Shown here piece by piece: positions 27,351 through 35,098 of a stretch of 35,098 nt of DNA. Both the position numbers and the translations under genes were made by a program. How positions within the stretch are numbered: position 1 is the first letter of the stretch; each line of letters begins with the position of its first letter. Below the pieces are notes generated by a model. The model worked only from the letters and a program-made list of their open reading frames with translations, made no database searches and had not been told where the DNA came from. Origin of the DNA: Verrucomicrobiota bacterium (GTDB lineage Bacteria; Verrucomicrobiota; Verrucomicrobiia; Limisphaerales; SXQI01); assembly GCA_033762115.1 (NCBI GenBank), contig JANRLX010000131.1:1-35098 (forward strand), in the 5' to 3' direction.

Positions 27351-28355
27351 ATGTCATTCCTGAACGAAATCGACCCGCTCAAGCAAAAAGCCCTGGGCGA
27401 AATTGCCGCTGTCACTTCCCTCTCCAGCCTGGACCAGGTGCGGGTGCAATATCTTGGAGCGAACGGACAGATGACTGCCCTGCTCAAACAAATGGGCTCG
27501 CTTTCCAGGGAGGAACGTCCAGCCGCAGGCAAGTTGATCAACCTGGCCAAGGCTGAAATTGAAACCGCGCTGGGCAATCGAAAAAATGAGCTGGAGATTG
27601 CTGAGTCCCTGCCAAAAGAACCCGCTGATTTCACAGCTCCCGGACGTCGGCGCAATTTGGGTCGGCTGCATCCCCTGACCCAGGTGACAGATGATATCGT
27701 CCGCAGTTTTCGTAAAATCGGGTTCGTCGTTGCGGATGGTCCGGAGGTGGAGGATGAATATCATTGCTTTGACGCACTCAACACTCCGGCGGATCATCCA
27801 GCCCGGGACAGCCAGGATACCTTTTATTTAAATTCCAAAGCGCGCCCCCTGCTGCGCACTCACACCTCATCAGTACAAATCCGGGTCATGGAAAAACAAA
27901 AACCGCCTGTCCGAATTATTGTTCCAGGCCGGGTTTACCGCCGTGACAATGCAGATGCCACTCACAATCCCACATTTCATCAGATCGAAGGGCTTTACGT
28001 CGATCAAAAGGTCACCATTGGCGATCTCAAGGGGACTGTTGAATTTGTTTTCAAGGAATTGCTTGGAAATGACGTGAAACTTCGGTTTCGACCTCATTAT
28101 TTTTCCTACACTGAACCCAGCTTTGAAATCGATTTTTCAAGCTCACTGGTGAAAAAGATGGGAAAAGACTGGCTGGAAATCGCCGGGTGCGGAATGGTCC
28201 ATCCCACCGTTTTTGAAACAGTCGGTTACGATCCTGAACAATGGACTGGCTGGGCGTTTGGTTTCGGAATCGAGCGGATTGCGATGATCCGATATGAGAT
28301 CAATGATATCCGGTTGTTCTATCAGAATGACCTCCGATTTTTGAGGCAGTTCTAA
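27351..28355 (+). CDS. pheS: Phenylalanine-tRNA ligase alpha subunit
   Basis: FDALNTPADHPARDSQDTFY, LRTHTSSVQ, DATHNPTFHQIEGL, AFGFGIERIAM. Confidence 0.98.
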   Translation: MSFLNEIDPLKQKALGEIAAVTSLSSLDQVRVQYLGANGQMTALLKQMGSLSREERPAAGKLINLAKAEIETALGNRKNELEIAESLPKEPADFTAPGRRRNLGRLHPLTQVTDDIVRSFRKIGFVVADGPEVEDEYHCFDALNTPADHPARDSQDTFYLNSKARPLLRTHTSSVQIRVMEKQKPPVRIIVPGRVYRRDNADATHNPTFHQIEGLYVDQKVTIGDLKGTVEFVFKELLGNDVKLRFRPHYFSYTEPSFEIDFSSSLVKKMGKDWLEIAGCGMVHPTVFETVGYDPEQWTGWAFGFGIERIAMIRYEINDIRLFYQNDLRFLRQF

Positions 28356-28409
28356 TCGAAACTGCCCCTTCGTGGTAACACACTTTAATGGCGCGGAAAT
28401 TTTCTAGAA

Positions 28410-30836
28410 ATGAAAATCACCCTTAACTGGCTTAAACAGTACGTTGATTTCGACTGGTCACCGGAGGAGCTATCCGAACGATTAACGATGCTGGGCGTCG
28501 AAGTCGAAGGAGTTCAGAAATTCACTGGTGAGTTCGAAAATGTGGTGGTCGCCGAGATTCTTTCCAGCGACAAGCACCCTGCCGCCGACAAGCTTTCAGT
28601 CTGCCGCGTTGCCGATGGAAAAGGGGAGCGGCAAATTGTCTGCGGGGCAAAGAATTATAAAGTGGGGGACAAAGTCCCCCTGGCATTGCCTGGTTGCACA
28701 TTGCCCACGCCTCCTGGAGCTCCTCCTTTTACAATCAAGGTCAGCAAAATGCGCGGGGTGGAATCACAGGGAATGATGTGTTCCGCCAGTGAATTGGGGC
28801 TTTCAGCTGAATCTGAAGGTCTGTTGATCCTTCCCGCAACGGCGAAGGTGGGCCAGCCACTGGCAGAGCATCTGGGTCGGGCGGGAGGCGATGTTGTTTA
28901 TGATCTAGAGGTCACACCGAACCGCCCCGATTTGAATAGTGTCATCGGGATCGCACGGGAAATCGCGGCTTTGACAGGCAATCCATTGCGCTTACCCGAG
29001 AGCAGGATTTCCAGTCATTCCAATGAATTGATCGGCAATTACCTCCAGGTGCGGATCGAAGCGCCCGATCTTTGTCCGCGTTACACCGCCCGTCTCGTCA
29101 AGGGTGTCACAATCGGTCCCAGCCCTGATTGGCTAAAACATCAGCTGGAAAAAATTGGCATTCGAAGCATCAACAATGTCGTGGATGTGACCAACTATGT
29201 GTTGATGGAAATGGGGCAGCCATTGCACGCGTTTGATTATCGTTTGCTCGAACGGGCAGGGGGACCAGCCACGGTTGTCGTCCGGCGCAGCAAGGCGGAT
29301 GAAACGTTTGTTACGCTTGATGGCCAAAAACGCAGTCTCACAACGGACATGCTCCTGATAGCTGATGAACGCAAAGGGATTGCCCTCGCTGGAATCATGG
29401 GTGGACAAAACAGCGAGATCAATCCGGAAACAACCGATGTCCTGATTGAAAGCGCCTGGTTTCAGCCTTCAAATATCCGGTTCACCTCGAAAAAACTCGA
29501 TTTACGGACTGACTCTTCCTACCGATTTGAGCGTGGGTGCGACATCGAAATATGTGACGTGGCCAGTCGGCGGGCAGCCCAGCTGATTCTCGAACTGGCT
29601 GGGGGCCAGCTGCTGGAACAATCCATTGATTCATATCCAACGCCGTTCGCACCGAAGGAAGTTCCGTTACGTTTTAAAAAATGTGATGACCTTGCTGGAA
29701 TCGCGATCCCGGCCGTCGAGCAGAAAAAATATCTCCAACAGCTTGGATTCAAATTAATTGCCGAAACTGAACTGCAGGCCACGTTCAGGATTCCAAGCTT
29801 CCGGGTTGATATCAAACGGGAAGTCGATCTGATCGAGGAGGTAGTCCGGATGCACGGGATCAATCGAATTCCAGCGACATCACCTCGCGGCGCGATCGGT
29901 TCGCATGTTTTTGATGCAGTTTACGATCATATTACATCGATACGCCATATCTTGACCGCTCTCGGTTTGAATGAGGCACACGGACAGACTTTAATCAGCG
30001 ACATTTCCGCCCGCTTGTCACGGGAAGCTGCCGAGACAGTTTTTTTGGAGAACCCGTTAAGCAGTGACATGAATGTGCTTCGCCCCAGCCTGATTCCCGG
30101 CTTGATTGATTCATTGAAGCACAACCTGAATCATAAAAATCCGCATGTGGCCCTGTTTGAAATTGGCAGGGTGTTTTTACTTCTCAACAGCGAGGCAAAG
30201 GAAGAACGTCGCCTGGCAATTGCGATGACCGGAAATCGTTCGGCAGCCTTTTGGAGTGGCGAGGATCGTGACGCCAGGCTCGACATCTACGATTTAAAGG
30301 GAGTAATTGAGGAATTACTCGAATCCCTGGGGATTCGTGGCATTTCGATCACGCGCCGGGAGCAGCCAACTACTCTTTATGCCGAATCCGCCACGATTCA
30401 GCTCGGAAAATTTCCGCTCGGCGAGATGGGGCAGGTCCTGCCGCCGCTGGCCCGACGTTACGATTTGCGCGATCCTGTCTTTGTTGCGGAATTAAACCTG
30501 GACCAGTTGCTCCTGCGCCGTTCAGCAAACCGCAGCTTCAAAGCGCTTCCCTCTTTTCCTTCGATCCGGCGGGATATTGCCATGGTTGTGAATGAGCAAA
30601 CGACCCATGAGAAAGTGTTATCAACCATCAAGTCGTTAAAACCAGCTTTCCTCGAACACGTCGAACTGTTTGATGTTTTCAGGGGCAGGAACGTTCCTGA
30701 AGGTCAGAAAAGCGTCGCCTACGCGTTCACTTACCGGAACCCTGAAAAGACATTGACCGACCCCGAAGTGAATGGAGTTCACGATCAGTTGGTCCAGGCA
30801 TTTCGAACTCAGTTACAAGCAACAATTCGCGAGTGA
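28410..30836 (+). CDS. pheT: Phenylalanine-tRNA ligase beta subunit
   Basis: HPAADKL, IVCGAKN, RGVESQGMMCS, TPNRPD, NNVVDVTNYV, SYRFERG, C-terminal FDX-ACB domain. Confidence 0.98.
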   Translation: MKITLNWLKQYVDFDWSPEELSERLTMLGVEVEGVQKFTGEFENVVVAEILSSDKHPAADKLSVCRVADGKGERQIVCGAKNYKVGDKVPLALPGCTLPTPPGAPPFTIKVSKMRGVESQGMMCSASELGLSAESEGLLILPATAKVGQPLAEHLGRAGGDVVYDLEVTPNRPDLNSVIGIAREIAALTGNPLRLPESRISSHSNELIGNYLQVRIEAPDLCPRYTARLVKGVTIGPSPDWLKHQLEKIGIRSINNVVDVTNYVLMEMGQPLHAFDYRLLERAGGPATVVVRRSKADETFVTLDGQKRSLTTDMLLIADERKGIALAGIMGGQNSEINPETTDVLIESAWFQPSNIRFTSKKLDLRTDSSYRFERGCDIEICDVASRRAAQLILELAGGQLLEQSIDSYPTPFAPKEVPLRFKKCDDLAGIAIPAVEQKKYLQQLGFKLIAETELQATFRIPSFRVDIKREVDLIEEVVRMHGINRIPATSPRGAIGSHVFDAVYDHITSIRHILTALGLNEAHGQTLISDISARLSREAAETVFLENPLSSDMNVLRPSLIPGLIDSLKHNLNHKNPHVALFEIGRVFLLLNSEAKEERRLAIAMTGNRSAAFWSGEDRDARLDIYDLKGVIEELLESLGIRGISITRREQPTTLYAESATIQLGKFPLGEMGQVLPPLARRYDLRDPVFVAELNLDQLLLRRSANRSFKALPSFPSIRRDIAMVVNEQTTHEKVLSTIKSLKPAFLEHVELFDVFRGRNVPEGQKSVAYAFTYRNPEKTLTDPEVNGVHDQLVQAFRTQLQATIRE

Positions 30837-32957
30837 TCAGAGCAGTTTCTGCAATTCACGATGATTGACCTTGCCGGTGCCTAGCTTGGGAATTTCGCGG
30901 ACTGTTTTGATCTCCCGCGGAATGCATAGGTTGGATAACCCTTTGGCTTTGATCGCAGCCCGAATCTCTTCCAGTTGAAGTTTTGGCTCGTTGGATACCG
31001 CAATCAACGCTTCACCCTTTTCCTCGTCCGGCCGCGCAATCACTGCAATCTGGCAACGCAGCCCGTACTGGGGGAACGCTCCAGCCAAAGCATCTTCCAC
31101 AGCGGTCAGGCTCACCATTTCTCCGCTGATTTTGGCAAACCGTTTCAGCCGCCCACGAATGTAAAAAAAACCGTCGCCGTCGACGGCGACGATGTCACCG
31201 GTATCGTACCATCCTCCAAGCGATCGAAATTTCTCATTCGCGTCAGCATTCAAATACCCTTTCATGACGTTGGGACCTCGTACAAACAAACGGCCCCCAG
31301 TTTCCACACCCTCGACAGGTTCGAGTCGGTATTCCATTCCAGGCATGATCCGACCCACCGATCCATGCTGTGGCTCCAATGGAGTGTTCACGCTCACGCA
31401 CGGAGCGCATTCCGTCGCTCCATATCCTTCCAGCACCCGCACTCCGAATTTTTGGGACCATGTGGTGGCGGTGGCCTCCTGCAACTTTTCCGCAGCCGCG
31501 AAAAGATAACGCATGGTGCGAAAATCGTAGGAATGAGCTTTGCGGGCGTAACCATTAAGAAAGGTGTTCGTGCTGAGAAAGACAGTGCAATGCTTGTCAT
31601 AAAATGCAGTCGGCACCACCCTGTAATGAAGCGGGGAAGGATAGATAAAACAGTAAAAACCGCGCACCAGCGGCAGCAAAGTGCCGACTGAAAGTCCAAA
31701 GCTGTGAAAGAGAGGCAGGCAATTGAATAAACGGTCCCGATCTTCGAGATCAGTCACACCAAGCATCTGACGTATGTTTGCCAGGATGTTTCGATGCGTG
31801 AGTTCAACCCCTTTGGGCATTCCTTCCGAACCGCTGGTGAAAAGCACAACAGCCGTTTCTTCCGGCGTCGATGGGGAGCTGAGCCGCTTTCCCAGTCGAT
31901 GCGCCGCCAATCCCGATAACCGTGTGATCCCGCTGATCTCTTTTCGGACCTCCTCCAGGTAAATCAGCTTAATTCCTGCCCGTTCCAGAGGTTCCACAGA
32001 CAATTTTGCCTTTTCCAGGAACCGTCTGGAAGTCACCACCTGCTTCACTCCTGCAAGTTCAAGGCATGCCAGCATCGTGGCTGGCCCGGTGGAGAAGTTG
32101 AGAATCGCGGGAACAATTCCGTTTTTCCAAAGCGCCAGCAGCAAAGCCACTGTGCCGTTTACATTCGGCATCAACACCCCGACACGTTCACGTTTTGCAT
32201 CCAGATGACCTTTCAATGCTTCACCCAGGAGGTCGGCCCCCAGCATCAACCGTTGATAAGTGAGTTCCTGCCCTGTGGCATCCTCAAGGATCACTTTGCC
32301 TGGGTGAAGTCTGGCGCTTTCAGCGATGGCGTTGAGCAGGTTGCCCGGCCCGAATTCCATTTCCACACGGAACTGCTGCTCAACCATTTGATCACGCAGC
32401 CAGCGGGTCAATAAGCTTCGTTCCTGGGTCACGCTGCTATGCTCCAGCAGGGGAGGAGTTTGAACTTCGCTGAAATGCGCACTGACCTTTGGAAACCATT
32501 TTTTCTTTTCCTGGTTCGGCGAGAATGGGAGCCGCTTCGCCCCTCGCAAATATCCGGTAATGACTTTGGCCGAGGTTTTATGGAACAGGAATCCGGTCCC
32601 ATCAAACAGCTTCATCAATGTGCCCGTCAGAGAAAGCCTTCCTTCCGCAAACAGGACAAGGCGGCCTCCTCCCTGGAGATACTCAGCCATCCTTTTCACT
32701 GCGTAAGGCGAGTTCGTGTCGATCGGAAACGTATGCTTGTTCACCATGATTTTCCGGTGCAGCCAACTCGTCTGGGCAGTGATGCTGGAAGTGACAAACC
32801 GCCAGTCATCCTCCAGGCAAACTGAGAGAAAGAGCCAGTCCAGCCATGAAACATGATTTGGGATCAGCAAAACCGGCCCGGGCGTTTGCAGGACTTTCTC
32901 GTTGTAAGCGCGAAACCCGAAACAAACCCGAAGGATGAAACGAAGAAATTTTCTCAT
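30837..32957 (-). CDS. aas: Bifunctional lysophospholipid acyltransferase / acyl-ACP synthetase (Aas-like)
   Basis: Acyltransferase motifs NHVSWLD and FAEGR; AMP-binding motifs LFTSGSEGMPKGV, EGYGATE, YDTGD and PKLGTGK. Confidence 0.92.
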   Translation of the reverse strand: MRKFLRFILRVCFGFRAYNEKVLQTPGPVLLIPNHVSWLDWLFLSVCLEDDWRFVTSSITAQTSWLHRKIMVNKHTFPIDTNSPYAVKRMAEYLQGGGRLVLFAEGRLSLTGTLMKLFDGTGFLFHKTSAKVITGYLRGAKRLPFSPNQEKKKWFPKVSAHFSEVQTPPLLEHSSVTQERSLLTRWLRDQMVEQQFRVEMEFGPGNLLNAIAESARLHPGKVILEDATGQELTYQRLMLGADLLGEALKGHLDAKRERVGVLMPNVNGTVALLLALWKNGIVPAILNFSTGPATMLACLELAGVKQVVTSRRFLEKAKLSVEPLERAGIKLIYLEEVRKEISGITRLSGLAAHRLGKRLSSPSTPEETAVVLFTSGSEGMPKGVELTHRNILANIRQMLGVTDLEDRDRLFNCLPLFHSFGLSVGTLLPLVRGFYCFIYPSPLHYRVVPTAFYDKHCTVFLSTNTFLNGYARKAHSYDFRTMRYLFAAAEKLQEATATTWSQKFGVRVLEGYGATECAPCVSVNTPLEPQHGSVGRIMPGMEYRLEPVEGVETGGRLFVRGPNVMKGYLNADANEKFRSLGGWYDTGDIVAVDGDGFFYIRGRLKRFAKISGEMVSLTAVEDALAGAFPQYGLRCQIAVIARPDEEKGEALIAVSNEPKLQLEEIRAAIKAKGLSNLCIPREIKTVREIPKLGTGKVNHRELQKLL

Positions 32958-32958
32958 A

Positions 32959-34197
32959 TTATAAGGAGGGTTCAGGACGGTTCTGGAATTTCAGGGTTGA
33001 AACAACCAAGGCAACCAGCAATGCCAGCGCGAGAAATAATTGTGAAGGATCAAAACCCACTTTGATATTGATGAAAGCGAACATACTGCCGCCAAGCATC
33101 GCGCAGTTTTCCAACAGGTTTTGAGTGGCAATTGTTTTGCCAAGCTTTCCCTGGTGTGATTCAGCCTGAAGCGCCGCATTTAATGGGATCAGGAACAGTC
33201 CAGCCAGGATGCCAGCCACCAGCAGCACACCGATGACCAGGTAATGAGACTTCAACACCCCAAAGCGCATCACCCACTCCAGGCTGCCAAGGGCTCCTAT
33301 CGAAATCGCCAGCAACCAGCCATTTTTACGGGTGGATGCGAGATTCCCCAGGCGATAAAGCTGTCCGGCGAGAATGCTTCCAATCATGACCCCGATGCTC
33401 AGCCATAATCCCAACAGCGCTATTTGGGTCATCGTTTCAAGTTTAAGGACTTGCTGGCCCCAGGGTTGAAAATTCATTTTCAACAATGCGCCGCACAACC
33501 AAAAAAGGCTTGTGCCCACGAGAATTCGGGCAATTCGTCCGTTCCTCAATAGCTCCTTGATATTTCTAAAGAAATCGGAGTTGCTTCCCTTGAATGGTAT
33601 TTCAGGGTGGGAAACAGTCCGTTGCATAAAACAGACAAGGAAAAGGGAGAGCCCGTAAATCAGGAGAACAATAAAATAACATTGGTTGAGGGGAAGGGAA
33701 TCCACCATTTTGGCGCCAATGATATTTCCGGCGAGAATGGCGATTAAGGTCAGAAACTCCACAGTTCCATTGGCTTTGACCAACCGTTCCGCAGGCAAAA
33801 TTTCCGGGAGAATTCCATACTTGGCCGGGGAGTAAAGGCACGCTCCTATCCCCACAATGAAATATCCGATCCCCACCACCAAACCATTTTGACCGCTGCC
33901 GCCCAGACTGACTGCGGCCACTCCGGTCCCGGCGAGCTTCAACGCATTACCACCCAATAACCAGGAGGTCTTGCTGTACCTGTCATTAAGATACCCGGCC
34001 AGGGAAGCGAAAAGAAGATACGGAACAAACAACAGGCTCGTATAAATAATATTGGCGATACTTTGCTGTTCACCACTGATCTGCCCGGTTTTTACCTGTC
34101 CCATGATCGGTCCGAGGATCACTGCCAGGATTGCATTGTCACCAAGGGCTCCTAAAAACTGACTGGTAAGGAGCAGGGGATAATTTCTGCTTTTCAT
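32959..34197 (-). CDS. lplT: MFS transporter, lysophospholipid transporter LplT-like
   Basis: SQFLGALGDN, YSPAKYGILPE, LVKANG, PLNAALQ, IATQNLLEN; directly upstream of aas. Confidence 0.85.
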   Translation of the reverse strand: MKSRNYPLLLTSQFLGALGDNAILAVILGPIMGQVKTGQISGEQQSIANIIYTSLLFVPYLLFASLAGYLNDRYSKTSWLLGGNALKLAGTGVAAVSLGGSGQNGLVVGIGYFIVGIGACLYSPAKYGILPEILPAERLVKANGTVEFLTLIAILAGNIIGAKMVDSLPLNQCYFIVLLIYGLSLFLVCFMQRTVSHPEIPFKGSNSDFFRNIKELLRNGRIARILVGTSLFWLCGALLKMNFQPWGQQVLKLETMTQIALLGLWLSIGVMIGSILAGQLYRLGNLASTRKNGWLLAISIGALGSLEWVMRFGVLKSHYLVIGVLLVAGILAGLFLIPLNAALQAESHQGKLGKTIATQNLLENCAMLGGSMFAFINIKVGFDPSQLFLALALLVALVVSTLKFQNRPEPSL

Positions 34198-34661
34198 TCA
34201 GCGAATCTTTCCTTGCTCACTGTTTCTGCCTGGCGTGACAACAACTGAAGATCGCTCGCTAATTGATGCGCGTTTTTAATCGGAATCTTCCCCCAGATCT
34301 GTTCCGCCAGGGTGTAATAATCCGGCAGGATCTCTTCACGAAGCTTTTTGCCTTCCTCAGTAAGGACCACCCGCCAAAACCTGCGGTCCTCCGGGTGGGT
34401 TTGCCGTTCCACCAGGTTTCTTTTCTCCAGCCGATCCACCAACCCGGTCACATTCGAGCGGTGCATCACCAGGCTTCGGCTTAACTCCACTTGTGAAAGC
34501 CCGGCGGGATTGAGGCCGAGAGCGTTCAGGACATTGAACTGGCTGGGGCTGAGGTCCCAATGCTCGAAAAAATGCCTGCTTAAGTTCCAGAGCGTCTCTG
34601 CTGTGCGGAGCAAGGTGAGGAGCGGTTCATAGCGCTCACCCGGCTCTGTTCGTCGTTTCAT
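34194..34661 (-). CDS. MarR-family transcriptional regulator
   Basis: LSPSQFNVL, LSQVELS..VHRSNVT-like helix (VMHRSNVTGLVDRLEK), DRR...LTEEG; ATGA overlap with lplT; ATG at 34661 preferred over TTG at 34697. Confidence 0.95.
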   Translation of the reverse strand: MKRRTEPGERYEPLLTLLRTAETLWNLSRHFFEHWDLSPSQFNVLNALGLNPAGLSQVELSRSLVMHRSNVTGLVDRLEKRNLVERQTHPEDRRFWRVVLTEEGKKLREEILPDYYTLAEQIWGKIPIKNAHQLASDLQLLSRQAETVSKERFAE

Positions 34662-34668
34662 GGTCGAC

Positions 34669-34717
34669 GGTTTAATAAAAAACAGTTTATATGTCAACTA
34701 TTTTTAAAAACTGTTTT
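34669..34717 (-). promoter_or_regulatory. marR promoter with a palindromic operator over the -35 box
   Basis: TTGACA (34697-34692), 17-nt spacer, TAAACC; imperfect palindrome AAAAACAGTTTATATGTCAACTATTTTT (34678-34705); a further AAACTGTTTT half-site at 34708-34717. Confidence 0.65.
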
Positions 34718-34741
34718 CGGGCCGCAACGTCCTTCCTTAAA

Positions 34742-35098
34742 TCATTTTGCTCTTTTGAGAGAAGTGGGCTCAGGCCATGCGCCCGGGATGGCTTCGATTG
34801 TTGTGAGGAATTTCTGCATTTCCTCCGTTGTCCCGGTCAGGATCAATCGCTTTTCGGCGCCGCGGCGATGAGGAACAAACGCCGGGTTCTCGGCCAGTTT
34901 CTTTTCCAGCCAATCTGAATCCAGCGTTGCTACCTTCAATTCACTGGCGTGAACTGAAACTTTAAGAAAGAGATGCCCAAGGATCAGGGCGGATTCATAC
35001 AATCCCCCCATTTTCAATTCCTCCAGCGGGTCATCCTCAGGATAAAGGTCAAGGTAGGTTGCTCCGCCAAGTTTGACGAGATGCGCGAAAAAAGGGCT
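34742..35098 (-). CDS. Hypothetical protein, 5'-truncated by the window edge
   Basis: The frame is open from 35098 (SPFFAHLVKLGGATYLDLYPEDDPLEELKMGG...) to the stop at 34742. Confidence 0.7.
   Translation of the reverse strand, partial: SPFFAHLVKLGGATYLDLYPEDDPLEELKMGGLYESALILGHLFLKVSVHASELKVATLDSDWLEKKLAENPAFVPHRRGAEKRLILTGTTEEMQKFLTTIEAIPGAWPEPTSLKRAK

Noticed and set aside
26900..27655. 251-aa minus-strand ORF
   Set aside because: Antisense shadow of rplT and pheS with no recognisable protein features.
1..35098. CRISPR array, tandem repeat array, IS element or frameshifted pseudogene
   Set aside because: None seen by eye; all major ORFs look full length apart from the one cut by the right edge of the window.

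Overview
A gene-dense bacterial chromosomal segment. I found no mobile element, CRISPR array or rRNA. Gene content (PVC-type multiheme cytochrome, RNase HIII, an 'LQSSTDLxxW...RFYR' module) suggests Verrucomicrobiota, but this is inference. Left to right: secreted beta-propeller protein; TonB-dependent receptor plus YfiR-like protein; tRNA-Asp(GTC); type III PKS / methyltransferase / FAD-oxidoreductase operon; transglutaminase-like protein; AraC regulator with a MacAB-like exporter; rpsT, ABM, Fe-ADH and rnhC; a PA14-containing five-heme cytochrome c with a beta-propeller partner; a gamma-glutamylation-type operon (Fe-ADH, ALDH, GS-like ligase); a GT-C-like membrane protein; rpmI-rplT-pheS-pheT; marR-lplT-aas; and a truncated hypothetical gene. 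The best candidate for a poorly described system is the PA14/pentaheme cytochrome plus propeller pair. Its PA14-adjacent heme lacks the distal Met motif found in the other four heme domains and has a spare Cys instead. All product calls come from reading motifs by eye; no searches were run.
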